Source: Nitrososphaerota archaeon
GTDB lineage: Archaea; Thermoproteota; Nitrososphaeria_A; Caldarchaeales; Calditenuaceae
DNA: 64,000 bases
Direction of reading: 5' to 3'
Assembly: GCA_038845265.1 (NCBI GenBank)
Contig: JAWBQR010000007.1
Coordinates: 30,278-94,277 of the forward strand
Under the pieces are notes generated by a model that worked only from the letters and a program-made list of their open reading frames with translations, made no database searches and was not told where the DNA came from. Every line of letters starts with the position of its first letter. Position 1 is the first letter of the stretch. Shown one piece after another: positions 9,862 through 20,863 of this stretch. The position numbers and the translations under genes were made by a program.

Positions 9862-11136
9862 TTGGACGTGGAACACTTTCAGTTGAAGGTAAGGGGTGAG
9901 GATGACCCTCTCAAGGAGCTCATAACGCAGGTTAGGTCTTCTCCTAGTCTTTTTATTAATCGAGAGGTGCTTCGGGCCGACTATATTCCAGGCAATCTGC
10001 CGCATAGATGGGAGCATATTAGGCGTCTCGGCGAGATCCTATCGCCGGGCCTGAGGTCCTCGAGGCCCAGCAATGTCTTCATCTATGGCAAGACCGGTAC
10101 TGGTAAGACTGCGGTAGTAAAGCACGTCTTCAAGAGGTTCTCCGAAGAGTCCGCAAATATGAATCTTCCGCTGAGGTTCATTTACATTAACTGTAGGCTG
10201 ACTGGGACGGAGTATAGGGTGCTTTCTGAACTATGCTCCGCTCTTGGAGTAAGGATACCCTTCACTGGTCTTTCTAGGGCTGAGGTCTTCAGCAGATTTA
10301 GGAATGCTCTGCATCAATCATCATCCTTGCTTGTCGCTTGTCTTGATGAGATTGATGTTTTGGTTAAGAGCTCGGGCGATGCTTTGCTATATGAGCTTAC
10401 TAGGATTAATGAGGCGTCTGAGGGCGGCCAGCTATCAATCGTAGGCGTGTCTAATGACTTGATGTTTAAGGAGATGCTTGACCCAAGGGTATTAAGCAGC
10501 CTAAGCGAGGAGGAGATCGTCTTTCATCCCTATACTGCGATAGAGCTCATAGACATTCTAAGCGAGAGGGCGGCCCTGGCCTTCAGGGAAGGAGCCGTCC
10601 CTCAACCAGTAATTAATCTATGCGCTGCGTTGGCTGCTGCTGAGCATGGCGATGCCAGGCGAGCCCTGGATCTACTCAGAGTTGCCGCAGAGATAGCTGA
10701 GAGGAATGGCTCCATAGTGGTTAATGAGGGACATGTTAAGGCTGCTCTCGGCGTCATCGAGCAGGGACGCGTCTACGAGGCGTTGTCAACGCTTCCATTA
10801 CATGGAAGAATTGTCTTGATGGCTGCTTTTCACGCCGCTAGGTCTGGCGTTCAAAGGGTAACGTCAGGCATGGTTTACAATTATTATAGGGAGCTTTGTA
10901 GAAATCTGGGCCTGGACCCGCTTACTGATAGGAGGGTTAGCTCGCTTTTATCGGAGCTGGATATGCTTGGAGTGATTTCATGCGACATTGTGAGCTTTGG
11001 GAGATATGGTAGGACGAGGAGAATAGTCCTCAAGGTGCCAATAGAGGAGATAAGGAGCGTCTTGGAGAGGGACGAGCTATTATCGGGGCTACTAGAATAC
11101 ACCTATAAGCCCTCATCAAAAGAGAATGAGCAGTGA
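9862..11136 (+). CDS. cdc6: Orc1/Cdc6 replication initiator
   Basis: YIPGNLPHR, GKTGTGKT, LDEID, GDARRALDLL and C-terminal winged helix GRYGRTR. Confidence 0.97.
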   Translation: MDVEHFQLKVRGEDDPLKELITQVRSSPSLFINREVLRADYIPGNLPHRWEHIRRLGEILSPGLRSSRPSNVFIYGKTGTGKTAVVKHVFKRFSEESANMNLPLRFIYINCRLTGTEYRVLSELCSALGVRIPFTGLSRAEVFSRFRNALHQSSSLLVACLDEIDVLVKSSGDALLYELTRINEASEGGQLSIVGVSNDLMFKEMLDPRVLSSLSEEEIVFHPYTAIELIDILSERAALAFREGAVPQPVINLCAALAAAEHGDARRALDLLRVAAEIAERNGSIVVNEGHVKAALGVIEQGRVYEALSTLPLHGRIVLMAAFHAARSGVQRVTSGMVYNYYRELCRNLGLDPLTDRRVSSLLSELDMLGVISCDIVSFGRYGRTRRIVLKVPIEEIRSVLERDELLSGLLEYTYKPSSKENEQ

Positions 11137-12593
11137 CAAGTACTGATAGAAGAGACGCCAAGAGGCTTGCATCGAAGGCCCTGAGTAGGGGCTACCAACT
11201 AACAGAGTCATCTATCAAGATGTTGCTTGAGAGAAAAAACCCAGAGGAACTGCTTGAAAAATTATTGTCTTGGCTAAAAATTTCTAGGCCTGGAACAGTA
11301 CTGGTTGAGCCGAGCATTGTTGAGGATTTCTTAAGGATGATAGAGCAGGCGGAGGCCCCGCAGGAATATGTATCAATGACTGCTACGTTCAAGATCAGGT
11401 CGACGCCTTATAGCGATGTATGGATCGAGGGCTCGACCGAAGAATTTAGGCTCTACTTTACTGTTCGGTATCAACGCCTCAGAGAAGTTTTTGAGAAGCG
11501 TGGAATAACTGTTTATTCCCCATCCGAGGTTAAGGCGCAGGGGCTAAAGGAGGCCTACGTCGTCGGCATGGTCTCTGAGGTTAGACCAATAAAGAATGGC
11601 TACAGCGTCCTCATCGAGGACCCCAAGGGGATTTGGAGAGTTATCGTGCCGAAGGGCGATAGGATGCTGGAGGAGCGCGTTGGGGAGCTATTGCCGGATA
11701 TGGTCGTGACCATTAGGGTTAGGAGCCGCACGTCTGGCCTGCTCGCCCAAGATATACTCTTGCCGGACATACCTCCAGCACCATCGAGAAAGCTAAACGG
11801 ACCAGACGTCAATATCTGCATCATCTCGGACGTCCATGTCGGGAGCTCGAGATTCAATGAGGAGCTATTCAAAGACTTTCTCGAATGGCTATCTTCTGAC
11901 GAGAATGATGCGGCTAAGACTGCTTTCCTAATCATTAATGGTGACTTGGTTGATGGCGTCTACGTCTATCCGGGCCAGGAGAATGAGCTTGCCATCTCAT
12001 CACTGAATAAACAGTTCGAGAAGGCCTCAGAGTTGCTTAGAAAAATTCCAGAGAGGATAACTGTGATTTATGCGCCGGGCAATCACGAGCCAGTCAGAAA
12101 GGCTCTTCCCCAGCCCCCCATCCAGCCTAGGTATAAGGAGATGCTTGGCCTGCAGGACCAGTTGGTATACGTGGGCAACCCGGCCTGGCTCTCCTTCGAC
12201 GATGTGAATCTCCTGATATTTCACGGCCAGACGCTTGACGACATAATTCAGTCCGGGAGCCGGTTCTCATACAGCACTATTCACCAAGACGCAGTTGGAT
12301 TATTGGAGTTTGTCCTGAGGGCGCGGCACTTGGCGCCTACATACGGAGTAGTGACTCCTCTACTACCCCTGCGAGACGATCCATTGATGATATCAGATGT
12401 GCCGGACGTCTTTGTCACGGGTCACATACATGTAGCGGCCCACGGCGTGTATAGGGGCGTCCACTTAGTCAATACTGGGGCCTGGCAGGAGCGGACGAGT
12501 TTCCAGGCAAGCCTCGGCCTCGAGCCAAGCGTAGGAACAGCAGCCATAATCAATCTAAGAAGCATGAGTGTCAGCATTAAGCAGTTTGGGTAA
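11133..12593 (+). CDS. polB: DNA polymerase D small subunit DP1
   Basis: OB fold plus phosphoesterase motifs SDVHVGS, GDLVDG, PGNHE, HLAPTYG, GHIH. Confidence 0.95.
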   Translation: MTSTDRRDAKRLASKALSRGYQLTESSIKMLLERKNPEELLEKLLSWLKISRPGTVLVEPSIVEDFLRMIEQAEAPQEYVSMTATFKIRSTPYSDVWIEGSTEEFRLYFTVRYQRLREVFEKRGITVYSPSEVKAQGLKEAYVVGMVSEVRPIKNGYSVLIEDPKGIWRVIVPKGDRMLEERVGELLPDMVVTIRVRSRTSGLLAQDILLPDIPPAPSRKLNGPDVNICIISDVHVGSSRFNEELFKDFLEWLSSDENDAAKTAFLIINGDLVDGVYVYPGQENELAISSLNKQFEKASELLRKIPERITVIYAPGNHEPVRKALPQPPIQPRYKEMLGLQDQLVYVGNPAWLSFDDVNLLIFHGQTLDDIIQSGSRFSYSTIHQDAVGLLEFVLRARHLAPTYGVVTPLLPLRDDPLMISDVPDVFVTGHIHVAAHGVYRGVHLVNTGAWQERTSFQASLGLEPSVGTAAIINLRSMSVSIKQFG

Positions 12594-15342
12594 TTCCTTT
12601 AAAGAATCTCTGAATCTCTATTCTCTTTAGTACTTCAATGCTGAAAAATGTCACAATCGCGCTACCCATGATCCATGCTAGGTCTATTGTGTTTGGGAGA
12701 GTCATGTGGAGGGCCTGTCTCGTCGCTGGAATATTGATGAGCAGGGTTATCAGGAATAATTCCCAAATTATTGTGAGAATCAATAATTTATGGGGCTTTG
12801 ATACAAATACTGAATGGATGAGTGAGCGGCAATTAATCGCTATTGTTAGCTCCACTGCTATGAACATTAGGAATAATCTACTCCTAGCAACTTCTATCCC
12901 CATAGGCAGAGCATGGATGAATCCCAACGTCAGTATTGGTGTCTCTACAATTAGGGCTCTAATTATGAAATCGACTACTTCACGAGTAAATACTGGCTCC
13001 CTCTTGGGCCTGGGGGGACGCTTCATCAAGTCGTGGTCAGGAGGACTGAAGCCAAGCGCTATGGCCGGCAGACCGTCGGTGGCCAGGTTGATGTAGAGAA
13101 TCTGGACTGGGAGGAGGGGTAGTAATTCTTCTCCGTGAAGGCCCAGTAGCGGTAGTATAATGAGTGCGGCGACGCCTATCACCGCCACCTCTACTAGATT
13201 TGCCTGAAGCAGATAGGCTAGATACTTCTTTATGTTGTCGTAGATCCATCTTCCCAGCTCTACTGCCTTTACGATTGTTGCGAAGTTGTCGTCTAGCAGA
13301 ATTAGGTCTGATGACTCCTTTGCCACCTCTGTGCCGGTTATGCCCATAGCTATCCCTATATCTGCCTTCTTTAGGGCTGGAGCATCATTTACACCGTCAC
13401 CGGTCATGGCCACGGTCTTTCCGAGCTTCTTCCATGCATCAACTATCCGGAGCTTATGTAGAGGGGATACACGTGCATATACCGTGACTTGTTCAACCTC
13501 TCTTGCTAATTCATCATCAGTCTTCTTCTCTATGTCTTCTCCTCTCAGTACTTTATCCCCCTCCTTGTAGATCTCTGTCTCCTTCGCGATCGCGATGGCC
13601 GTCAATGCGTGGTCTCCAGTAATCATTACTGGCTTTATTCCCGCTAGTTTGCATAGCCTCACCGCCTCGATTGCCTCAGGCCTTGGGGGGTCCATTATGC
13701 CGACTAGTCCTATGAATGTGAATCCCTGCTCGATGGATTCGTCATAGTTCTCAGGCAGCTGGTCTAGTCTCTTCTCAGCGATTGCTAGGACTCTTAGCCC
13801 TCTTGCCGCCATCTCTTCATTTACTCTAAGTATCTCGGCCCTCATATTCTCAGATAATTCCTCGTCAATCTTGTCTCCAACCATTTTGGTGCATTTTGAG
13901 ATGATGACTTCTGGTGCGCCCTTCATATAGGCCATGTAGCCCTCGGGCCCTGAGACAATTGTAGTCATTCTCTTTCTCTCGGAGCTAAATGGCACCTCCC
14001 CCAGCCTTTTATGGCTAGTTAGTGTCTTCTCGTAGTTTAGGCCGAGCTTTTCAGAGAGGACTAGCAATGCGCCCTCGGTAGGGTCGCCGGTGATGACTAG
14101 TTTTCCACTCTCTCTCCTCAGAACTGCATCTGACGATAGGACTGCTGCCATAGCTAATTTGTGAAGCAATGGCTGGAGCTCCTCACTGCTTACTACTTGC
14201 TGGAGTGGCTGATCATTGCTCGAAGTGCTTTTTTCGGGAATGTTATATAATTTCCCCGCAATGTATAATTGCCGCGCGGTCATTTCTCCCTTAGTTATTG
14301 TGCCGGTCTTGTCTGAGCAGATTATCTCGGTGGAGCCGAGGGTCTCCACGGCCGTTAGATTCCTAGCTAGTGAGTTTCTCTTAGCGAGTAGCCATGTGCC
14401 GACTGCAAGGGTGCTGGTAACTATTGCTGGGAGGGCTTCTGGGACAGCGGCAACTGCAAGTGAGACTGAGAACATAAAAATGTTTATGATTGTGGTCTGT
14501 CCGAGGGGTTCTCCGCGAATAATAAACTCAAAGATGTCTATTAGGGCTATGGTTGCCACGAGTATGATGACTATCTTTCCAAGGGTCTTTGCAACCTCGT
14601 CCATCCTCACCTCTAGGGGGGTTTTCTCTTCTCTTATCTCGGATACTTGCTGCGCTATTTTTCCGAACTCCATCTGCATTCCCGTCGCGGTTACTACTGC
14701 CTTCCCCTTTCCACTGGTGACTGATGTCCCAGCATAGACCATGTTGGTCCTGTCCGATAGAGCTGTATCTCTTGGAAGGATGGTAGTTTTCTTGAGGACG
14801 GGCTCAGACTCGCCTGTAAGTGCTGCCTCATATACTTGGAGATTAAATGACTCGATGACTCTTGCATCAGCGACGACTTTGTCGCCGGCCTCTAGAAGCA
14901 GTATGTCTCCGGGAACAACGTCTTCAGCGGCTATGCGTAGCTTCTCGCCGTCCCTCAGGACGTTGCATGTCGGGCTCAGCATCTTCCTCAGCGACTCGAC
15001 GATCCTCTCAGCCCTGAACTCCTGCCAGAACCCTAGAACCGACGAGACCAGTACTATTACAAGTATCACCACTGCGTCTATGTATTCGCCGAGGAGCGCA
15101 GAAATCGCCGTGGCTATCAGCAATATTATTATCATTAAGTTCATGAATTGCCTGATGAGAATCTTGAGTGGGGAGACTCCCTTTTTGCGCTCTATTATGT
15201 TTGGGCCAAAGATTTCTTTCCTTCGTCTTGCCTCGTTTTTGGACAAGCCTTTCTCGGCATCCGTGCCGAGCAGCTCTAAACACTCAGATACGCTCAGTGC
15301 ATGCCAATCAGCAGTGATCTCCTTCTCTGGGCTTGAAGCCAA
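12577..15342 (-). CDS. P-type cation (Ca2+-like, type II) transporting ATPase
   Basis: [38 protein letters not shown]. Confidence 0.95.
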   Translation of the reverse strand: MASSPEKEITADWHALSVSECLELLGTDAEKGLSKNEARRRKEIFGPNIIERKKGVSPLKILIRQFMNLMIIILLIATAISALLGEYIDAVVILVIVLVSSVLGFWQEFRAERIVESLRKMLSPTCNVLRDGEKLRIAAEDVVPGDILLLEAGDKVVADARVIESFNLQVYEAALTGESEPVLKKTTILPRDTALSDRTNMVYAGTSVTSGKGKAVVTATGMQMEFGKIAQQVSEIREEKTPLEVRMDEVAKTLGKIVIILVATIALIDIFEFIIRGEPLGQTTIINIFMFSVSLAVAAVPEALPAIVTSTLAVGTWLLAKRNSLARNLTAVETLGSTEIICSDKTGTITKGEMTARQLYIAGKLYNIPEKSTSSNDQPLQQVVSSEELQPLLHKLAMAAVLSSDAVLRRESGKLVITGDPTEGALLVLSEKLGLNYEKTLTSHKRLGEVPFSSERKRMTTIVSGPEGYMAYMKGAPEVIISKCTKMVGDKIDEELSENMRAEILRVNEEMAARGLRVLAIAEKRLDQLPENYDESIEQGFTFIGLVGIMDPPRPEAIEAVRLCKLAGIKPVMITGDHALTAIAIAKETEIYKEGDKVLRGEDIEKKTDDELAREVEQVTVYARVSPLHKLRIVDAWKKLGKTVAMTGDGVNDAPALKKADIGIAMGITGTEVAKESSDLILLDDNFATIVKAVELGRWIYDNIKKYLAYLLQANLVEVAVIGVAALIILPLLGLHGEELLPLLPVQILYINLATDGLPAIALGFSPPDHDLMKRPPRPKREPVFTREVVDFIIRALIVETPILTLGFIHALPMGIEVARSRLFLMFIAVELTIAINCRSLIHSVFVSKPHKLLILTIIWELFLITLLINIPATRQALHMTLPNTIDLAWIMGSAIVTFFSIEVLKRIEIQRFFKGITQTA

Positions 15343-15386
15343 TCTTACATGTATATCAGTATTCTGGCGGTATTTGGGTATGATTC

Positions 15387-15560
15387 TTATTCCTCTGCTT
15401 GTAGATTTAGGTTTCTACGTCTCTTTACCGGCAGTCCTAAGTCTCGTCTCACGAGGTCCTCGATGTATTCACTAATGATTATTCCGTCCCTATCCCTCTT
15501 CTCGTAGAGCATGTAGGCTATCTCCATATCAATAGATATCGACAGTACTGTCTTCGGCAT
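15387..15560 (-). CDS. ribbon-helix-helix-like small DNA-binding protein
   Basis: [11 protein letters not shown]...[13 protein letters not shown] pattern; divergent from portal. Confidence 0.6.
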   Translation of the reverse strand: MPKTVLSISIDMEIAYMLYEKRDRDGIIISEYIEDLVRRDLGLPVKRRRNLNLQAEE

Positions 15561-15701
15561 CAATAAGAAAGACAAAACATGGAAATATTAATTTGGAGAG
15601 TATTGACTGAAAATGGTTTAGATTCACTCACCACCCTCTCCTCTCAATATTAACATTATATTAAGCATGTTATATTTAGGCCAATTTAATATAATTAGAC
15701 G

Positions 15702-17000
15702 ATGCTTGAAGCGTTGTTGTCGGCGGTGAGGCGGCTGGCCCGGCTGATGGGAAGAGATGGGGAGGAAGTGGCTGGGCCGAGTGGGTCCTTGGCGCTTCTG
15801 GGTGAGGGTTATGCTGGTGCATCGCCTGAGCCCGGATTGTCGGTTCTGGTTGACTGGTATAGAAGGGAGCCATATGTGAGATATGCGGTCGATGCATATG
15901 CCGGCAGAATAGCTTCTAAGTTCTACATCACTTCAAATGACCCTGAGGCGCTTAACTTCCTCATGATTTTCCTGAGGAGAAATAAGTTTTCATCGATTAA
16001 TCGACTTATCGCTAGGGATGTTGTTCTCTCGGGTAATGCTTTCCTGAATGTTGTCCCGGCATCCAGGATATCTAACCTGTATCTCTTGCCGCTCAGCAGC
16101 ATCTCAAGCATACTGAGAAATGATTCTGGAGAAGTCGTCGAGTATCTCCAGAATTGGGGAGGAATGATTAGGAGGCTTCCTCCGGAAGAGGTGCATCACT
16201 ATAGGTTTAATCCCATTGATAACGCCGCCTTCGGGGAGGGCCTGATAAATCACTTGACCCGGCCCGGGAGGGGCTACTTCAGGAAGGGCAGACAGGTCAG
16301 GAGGCCTCCGTTACTAGAGATCAAGGAGAGAATCGATAATGCTGCCAGGCTTCTTCTCGAGGAGATGCCGCCATTCTTCGTCTTTAAGGTCCCTCTCGGG
16401 AAGAGACGGGAGTTCTCGGAGACGTATAATCAGCTCCTCCCGGGCCAGCACGTTGTCATCGACTACGATGTCTTTGAGGTCAAGTCTTCTCAGGTCGAGT
16501 CTAGGACGAGGTTCTGGGAGCTCTGGGAATACCTCGATAGGCAAGTCCTGACTGGGCTGAAGAATCCATTAGTGCGTTTAATCACCTATACTGGCTTTAG
16601 CAGGGCATCCGCTGAGGCTGCTCTCGAAACTCTTGAGCCAGAGATATCGTCTATCCAAGAATTCCTCGGCTCAGAGCATGAAGCCCTGCTTAACAGGGTC
16701 CTAGAGAGCAATGGGTTTGACGTTGAGCTCGCTGATGTTAGGTGGAACTGGGCGAGTTCAGAGTTTCCAGAATGGAGCATTAGAGACGTGATAGATCTCT
16801 ATGAAGCAGGTCTCCTCGAGAGGGAGGAGGCCAGGACAATTATCAGGGAGCTGACCGGACTCTTCGTCGGAGCTGAAAGAGAGCATAACCTCCGACTCAT
16901 GAGTAGGGAAGAATCAATATACGTTTTATGGAACGGGAAAGTCTCCGCAGTCTCACCTGAGACTGCGATGATCCTCGAGGGGAGGATTAGAAATGCTTGA
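15702..17000 (+). CDS. phage portal protein
   Basis: YVRYAVDAYAG, VVLSGNAFLNVV and LPPEEVHHYRFN..AFGEG motifs typical of HK97/SPP1-like portals; first gene of head cluster. Confidence 0.85.
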   Translation: MLEALLSAVRRLARLMGRDGEEVAGPSGSLALLGEGYAGASPEPGLSVLVDWYRREPYVRYAVDAYAGRIASKFYITSNDPEALNFLMIFLRRNKFSSINRLIARDVVLSGNAFLNVVPASRISNLYLLPLSSISSILRNDSGEVVEYLQNWGGMIRRLPPEEVHHYRFNPIDNAAFGEGLINHLTRPGRGYFRKGRQVRRPPLLEIKERIDNAARLLLEEMPPFFVFKVPLGKRREFSETYNQLLPGQHVVIDYDVFEVKSSQVESRTRFWELWEYLDRQVLTGLKNPLVRLITYTGFSRASAEAALETLEPEISSIQEFLGSEHEALLNRVLESNGFDVELADVRWNWASSEFPEWSIRDVIDLYEAGLLEREEARTIIRELTGLFVGAEREHNLRLMSREESIYVLWNGKVSAVSPETAMILEGRIRNA

Positions 17001-18045
17001 GAGTAGGGTCCTCTCGTTTAGTTGGCTCGGAGAGATATCAGCAGAGCTGGCTGAAGGCATGATGCTTGCAGAGCTAATAGCAATACATGAGGGCGAGTCG
17101 AGACATCTTGGTACACCTAGGGAGCCCCGCATAAGGATTACCCGCGAAGAGATTATCAGGTCTGCAAGAACTCTCAGAGGAGCGTTGATAGACATCGACC
17201 ACGCATTATCAGACCCTAAAGTACAGCTCAGGGCGGAGTACTACCGTGAAAAGTATGGCCTAGGAACTTTGGGGCCAGTTGGTCAGGTGCTGGACGCCGA
17301 GGCTGAGGACAACCCTGAGGTCGGCGGCCTGGCTGTGGAGGCAGTTGCAAGCATCTGGGACAAGACTGTGTATAAACTCATCCAGGATGGAGTCTTTAAA
17401 GGATGTAGCGTCGTCCAGAAATACAGATTCGACAAGTGTGTCCAGGGCACTTCATATGTCTGTGACGCCGTCGGTGTTAGTTATCCGATGGTCTCGCTTG
17501 TGCTCGAGGGCGAGCCTGCGTTTCCAAAGACGACCGTGAGGCCGCTTAGAATTGATAGAATCAAGCAAGGAAGACTGCAGGAGATAAAGGTACCGACTAG
17601 AATCGCAGGCATCTCAATTCATTACTCATATTCTCCATGCTCTGGATTCAGCAGAAGACTCTTAGAGACAAGTCAAGTAACCGTAAGGCCGACCGGAATG
17701 ATTGAAGCATCACCCATCTTTAAAGAGAATAAACCATGCGATCACTCAGGCTTCATCGATTCTCTCAAAAAGTTTGACTCACAGACCCCACACATGATTC
17801 CAACCCAAATATACCTCGATCTGATGAGGTCAGCCCTTGCTGAGACCTCCGATTGTGGGCACCGAGAATTAGTCATGGCATGGATGCCGCCGACAACTAT
17901 GGCCTACATGCCGGCGTGGAGGCTCCTATCATTCGTGTCTTGGCTCAGAAAATCTCTGGGCTCCCCCCAGACCGCTCTGCAGCTGCACGGCGGCTGGAGA
18001 GGGGGTGATGCAGAAAATTGGATAAATCCCCAGAACAAAGATTAG
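16993..18045 (+). CDS. prohead maturation protease, possibly with scaffold extension
   Basis: IDIDH, VGQVLDA, KGCSV and VSLVLEGEPAF resemble assemblin-fold prohead proteases; located between portal and capsid. Confidence 0.7.
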   Translation: MLESRVLSFSWLGEISAELAEGMMLAELIAIHEGESRHLGTPREPRIRITREEIIRSARTLRGALIDIDHALSDPKVQLRAEYYREKYGLGTLGPVGQVLDAEAEDNPEVGGLAVEAVASIWDKTVYKLIQDGVFKGCSVVQKYRFDKCVQGTSYVCDAVGVSYPMVSLVLEGEPAFPKTTVRPLRIDRIKQGRLQEIKVPTRIAGISIHYSYSPCSGFSRRLLETSQVTVRPTGMIEASPIFKENKPCDHSGFIDSLKKFDSQTPHMIPTQIYLDLMRSALAETSDCGHRELVMAWMPPTTMAYMPAWRLLSFVSWLRKSLGSPQTALQLHGGWRGGDAENWINPQNKD

Positions 18046-18488
18046 GACAGCTGATATACAGGTCCGGAGAGAGAGCGACGGCAATCGTTAAGGCTGGAGC
18101 AATTGCCTTGACTGGTGGAGAGCTACTACGTGTCGGAGACAACGACGGCGAATTGACAGTCGCAGATAGTGGCGACATAGTAGTGGCCGTTCTTGGAGAC
18201 GGGCAGACAATTCAGCCAAACACATCCGCCTACGCAGCAGTCTACTATCTGGGAAACGTTTTCAAGTTACGAGCGGCGGGCCAGGTCCAGAGGGGAAGCT
18301 GGGTCAAGGCAGGGATAGGCGGCAGCGTGGTCCAGGCAGAAACAACGGTAAGCATTCCTAGCGGAGCAGTACAAGTAAGCAGTACATCGGCGCAGCCATC
18401 AATGGTGGTCGAAGGATTCATAGGCATAGGAGTTGCCTTGGACGAGGCTGAGACTGCTGGAGACTTCATAAGGGTGGTGATGAAGTGA
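18018..18488 (+). CDS. capsid cement/decoration protein (DUF2190-like)
   Basis: Small Ala/Gly-rich beta protein ending IGVALDEAETAGDFIRV, next to the major capsid gene. Confidence 0.7.
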   Translation: MDKSPEQRLGQLIYRSGERATAIVKAGAIALTGGELLRVGDNDGELTVADSGDIVVAVLGDGQTIQPNTSAYAAVYYLGNVFKLRAAGQVQRGSWVKAGIGGSVVQAETTVSIPSGAVQVSSTSAQPSMVVEGFIGIGVALDEAETAGDFIRVVMK

Positions 18489-19495
18489 TGAGTGAATCAA
18501 TAAACGAGGTATTATCAAGCCTCGGGCAGCTCTATCCATGGTACTTCAGGGAGAGAAGATGCATCACGATGATTGATGCATATGAGGGCAGAGATTCTAG
18601 GCACGAGGGAATAATTGAAAGAATAGTGACGAACAAGTTCCTGCAGAGGGCTAGGCAGTTCCTCTATACGGGAAGCGAGGCAGGCGCGTTAGGGCAGGTC
18701 GTAAGCGACGTCCTCAGGGCCGCATATCCTGAACAGATCGGAAGAGAAATGGTGAGAATATATGAGAGTAGGGAGCCAAAGATAAGGATTCCATCGATTC
18801 CCAGGCTAGTTGCGTATAGGGCGGGCCCAGGAGCAACCGTGCCGCCGACAACGCCAAACATAACCTACATCGACCTCGACGTGAATGCCCCATCGCAGGG
18901 AGCAGTATTCAAGGCAAGGAGCGAGTGGGACATAAGCTTCGTTACCGCAGCTAACTGGGAGGCTGTGAGAGAGATCACTGCAAGCATAGGCTCGGCCATC
19001 GCGCTCGAGGAAAGCAAATTCATACTGTCATGTCTCAGGATGATCAGTGATGAGGAGCTCGCGGGAGGCGGCCCAATTAGTCTAGGAGATGCTCCAATAA
19101 CTTTTGATGACATATTGGATTTGAAAGGCGCGGTCGATGGTGAGGAGAGAGCGCCTACTGGAAGGGACTACAAGTGCTTCCTCCACCCAAAGAGGGCGAT
19201 AGATCTGCTGAAGGACCAGAAATTCATTAACTCGATGATATGGGGCCAAGCGGTTAATAAGGAGAGAGGAGAGATTGGTGTCGCGGCTGGTATAAGGTTT
19301 TTCCAGAGCAGCCTGATACCTGAGGGTGAGGTCTGGCTACTAAACCCCGAGAGAGCCGTCGCGATGCTGATACACATAGACCTAACAGTCGAGCCGATCG
19401 AGACCAGCAGCACCACGAGCGGCGTCGAGGGATACGAATACATAGCTGCGAGAGTGCTTGATGGAAAGGCCGTCGCGAAGGGTACAATACCCTAG
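18485..19495 (+). CDS. HK97-fold major capsid protein
   Basis: 336 aa; ITFDDILDLK, FLHPKRAIDLLKD, IGVAAGIRFFQSSLIP and RVLDGKAVAK; context of portal and protease. Confidence 0.85.
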   Translation: MMSESINEVLSSLGQLYPWYFRERRCITMIDAYEGRDSRHEGIIERIVTNKFLQRARQFLYTGSEAGALGQVVSDVLRAAYPEQIGREMVRIYESREPKIRIPSIPRLVAYRAGPGATVPPTTPNITYIDLDVNAPSQGAVFKARSEWDISFVTAANWEAVREITASIGSAIALEESKFILSCLRMISDEELAGGGPISLGDAPITFDDILDLKGAVDGEERAPTGRDYKCFLHPKRAIDLLKDQKFINSMIWGQAVNKERGEIGVAAGIRFFQSSLIPEGEVWLLNPERAVAMLIHIDLTVEPIETSSTTSGVEGYEYIAARVLDGKAVAKGTIP

Positions 19496-19505
19496 AAGCA
19501 GCAGG

Positions 19506-19709
19506 ATGATTCATGAACGTGAGCCGAGGCTGATAATCTATGTCTCGGAGGAGATTCATAAGAAGTTGAAAGTGCTCTCCGCAAGTAGTGGGCTGACAAT
19601 GGGCATGCTTTCAGACGCCTTCATCAATTACGTACTCAGGAACAAGGAGCTGACTAGGCGTCTCATAGAGGACATGGGTGGGAGATGGATTGAGCAAGAA
19701 GAAACATAG
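19506..19709 (+). CDS. ribbon-helix-helix-like small protein
   Basis: RLIIYVSEEIHKKLKVLSASSGLTMGML pattern. Confidence 0.65.
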   Translation: MIHEREPRLIIYVSEEIHKKLKVLSASSGLTMGMLSDAFINYVLRNKELTRRLIEDMGGRWIEQEET

Positions 19710-19872
19710 CCTCAGTCCAGGACGAGAGACAACCCTCGAAGGCATAGCAGTCATATCGCTGACCTACGCACTAAACACATTCATCAATGGAGAGGTCACG
19801 GTCGGCGCTGCTCTTGCTGCTCTCGGATTGTCAATAATCTACCTGAAGTATAGGCTGAGAATTAAGGAATGA
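19678..19872 (+). CDS. small two-TM membrane protein
   Basis: Two hydrophobic helices and a basic C-terminus; overlaps both neighbours. Confidence 0.6.
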   Translation: MGDGLSKKKHSLSPGRETTLEGIAVISLTYALNTFINGEVTVGAALAALGLSIIYLKYRLRIKE

Positions 19873-20825
19873 GCTGCCTAGCGGTATTACTCATTCTTAC
19901 AATACTTCAAGCATCAGTTATTACGCAGAGTGAGAATTTTATCGGCGTCTTATCTGGCCCGGAGAGGAGTGGAGAGCAGCACCAATACGTGATAGACATT
20001 GAGCCAGGCACATTACTCATAGTCTCCGTCTCCTTCAAGTCTCTTGAGGGTGTCGGCGCAAGGATATACGCAGCTATCAGTGAGCCAAGTGGAGGAAACT
20101 ATGCCTATGCTGATGAGCTTCTAGCTTCCTCTTCTTCCAGAACGTTGAATCTAAGCTACTACTTCGGCTCCTCGACGGATGCTAGAAATGTGAGGCTGCT
20201 GGTCGGCTCGGTTGCTGATAGATATGCGCCGGCTCTTATCAGGTATGACTTGACTGTTCATCGCTACAGACTGCTAGACATGGGGCTAGCGGATGCAGGT
20301 GATAGTCTAGAGGCGCCGCTAATGATAGACCTTATAGATGGAGAACGAGCCGACGACGCCCATATACTCAGCATTAATGGATACCTCTCCCCCTCGGGGC
20401 TGGGAAATGACCATGCTGACTATTACTTGATTCGTCTGCCAGTTAAGGACGACTATGTAGTGAGCGCCGAGATAATGGGTGACTCCTCATCGCTGATCAA
20501 TGCATACATCAGGCTCAGTGATGGCTATCCAGTGAGCAGAATCTCAGGTAGTGGCATTACTGCGATGCTGAAGAACGCTGGCGAGTTCTTAGTCTCGGTC
20601 GAGACTTACGGAGCATCTTCCTCAATCATCAGCTATAACTTGACGCTCAGAGTATCGAGGCTCAGCAACTATGTGGAAAACGAATCCAGATGGGCACTGA
20701 TAAACCTAGACATAGTCGTCGCTGCGCTGCTTGGATTAGCAGTTGCCCTGCTCCTGATGTATGCTACTGGCATCTGGGTTAGCGCGGGAAAGGATAGAAA
20801 GACACTAGCATCGTCATACCTCTAA
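19869..20825 (+). CDS. membrane-anchored secreted beta-sandwich protein
   Basis: Signal peptide, DAGDS...GYL..DHADYY (PPC-like), C-terminal TM. Confidence 0.65.
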   Translation: MSCLAVLLILTILQASVITQSENFIGVLSGPERSGEQHQYVIDIEPGTLLIVSVSFKSLEGVGARIYAAISEPSGGNYAYADELLASSSSRTLNLSYYFGSSTDARNVRLLVGSVADRYAPALIRYDLTVHRYRLLDMGLADAGDSLEAPLMIDLIDGERADDAHILSINGYLSPSGLGNDHADYYLIRLPVKDDYVVSAEIMGDSSSLINAYIRLSDGYPVSRISGSGITAMLKNAGEFLVSVETYGASSSIISYNLTLRVSRLSNYVENESRWALINLDIVVAALLGLAVALLLMYATGIWVSAGKDRKTLASSYL

Positions 20826-20863
20826 TCTCCCACGAGGAGTCATCAACCATAAAGAATTAATTT

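Noticed and set aside
18485-19495. Encapsulin interpretation of the HK97-fold gene
   Set aside because: Portal, protease, terminase and tail genes indicate a DNA-packaging virion
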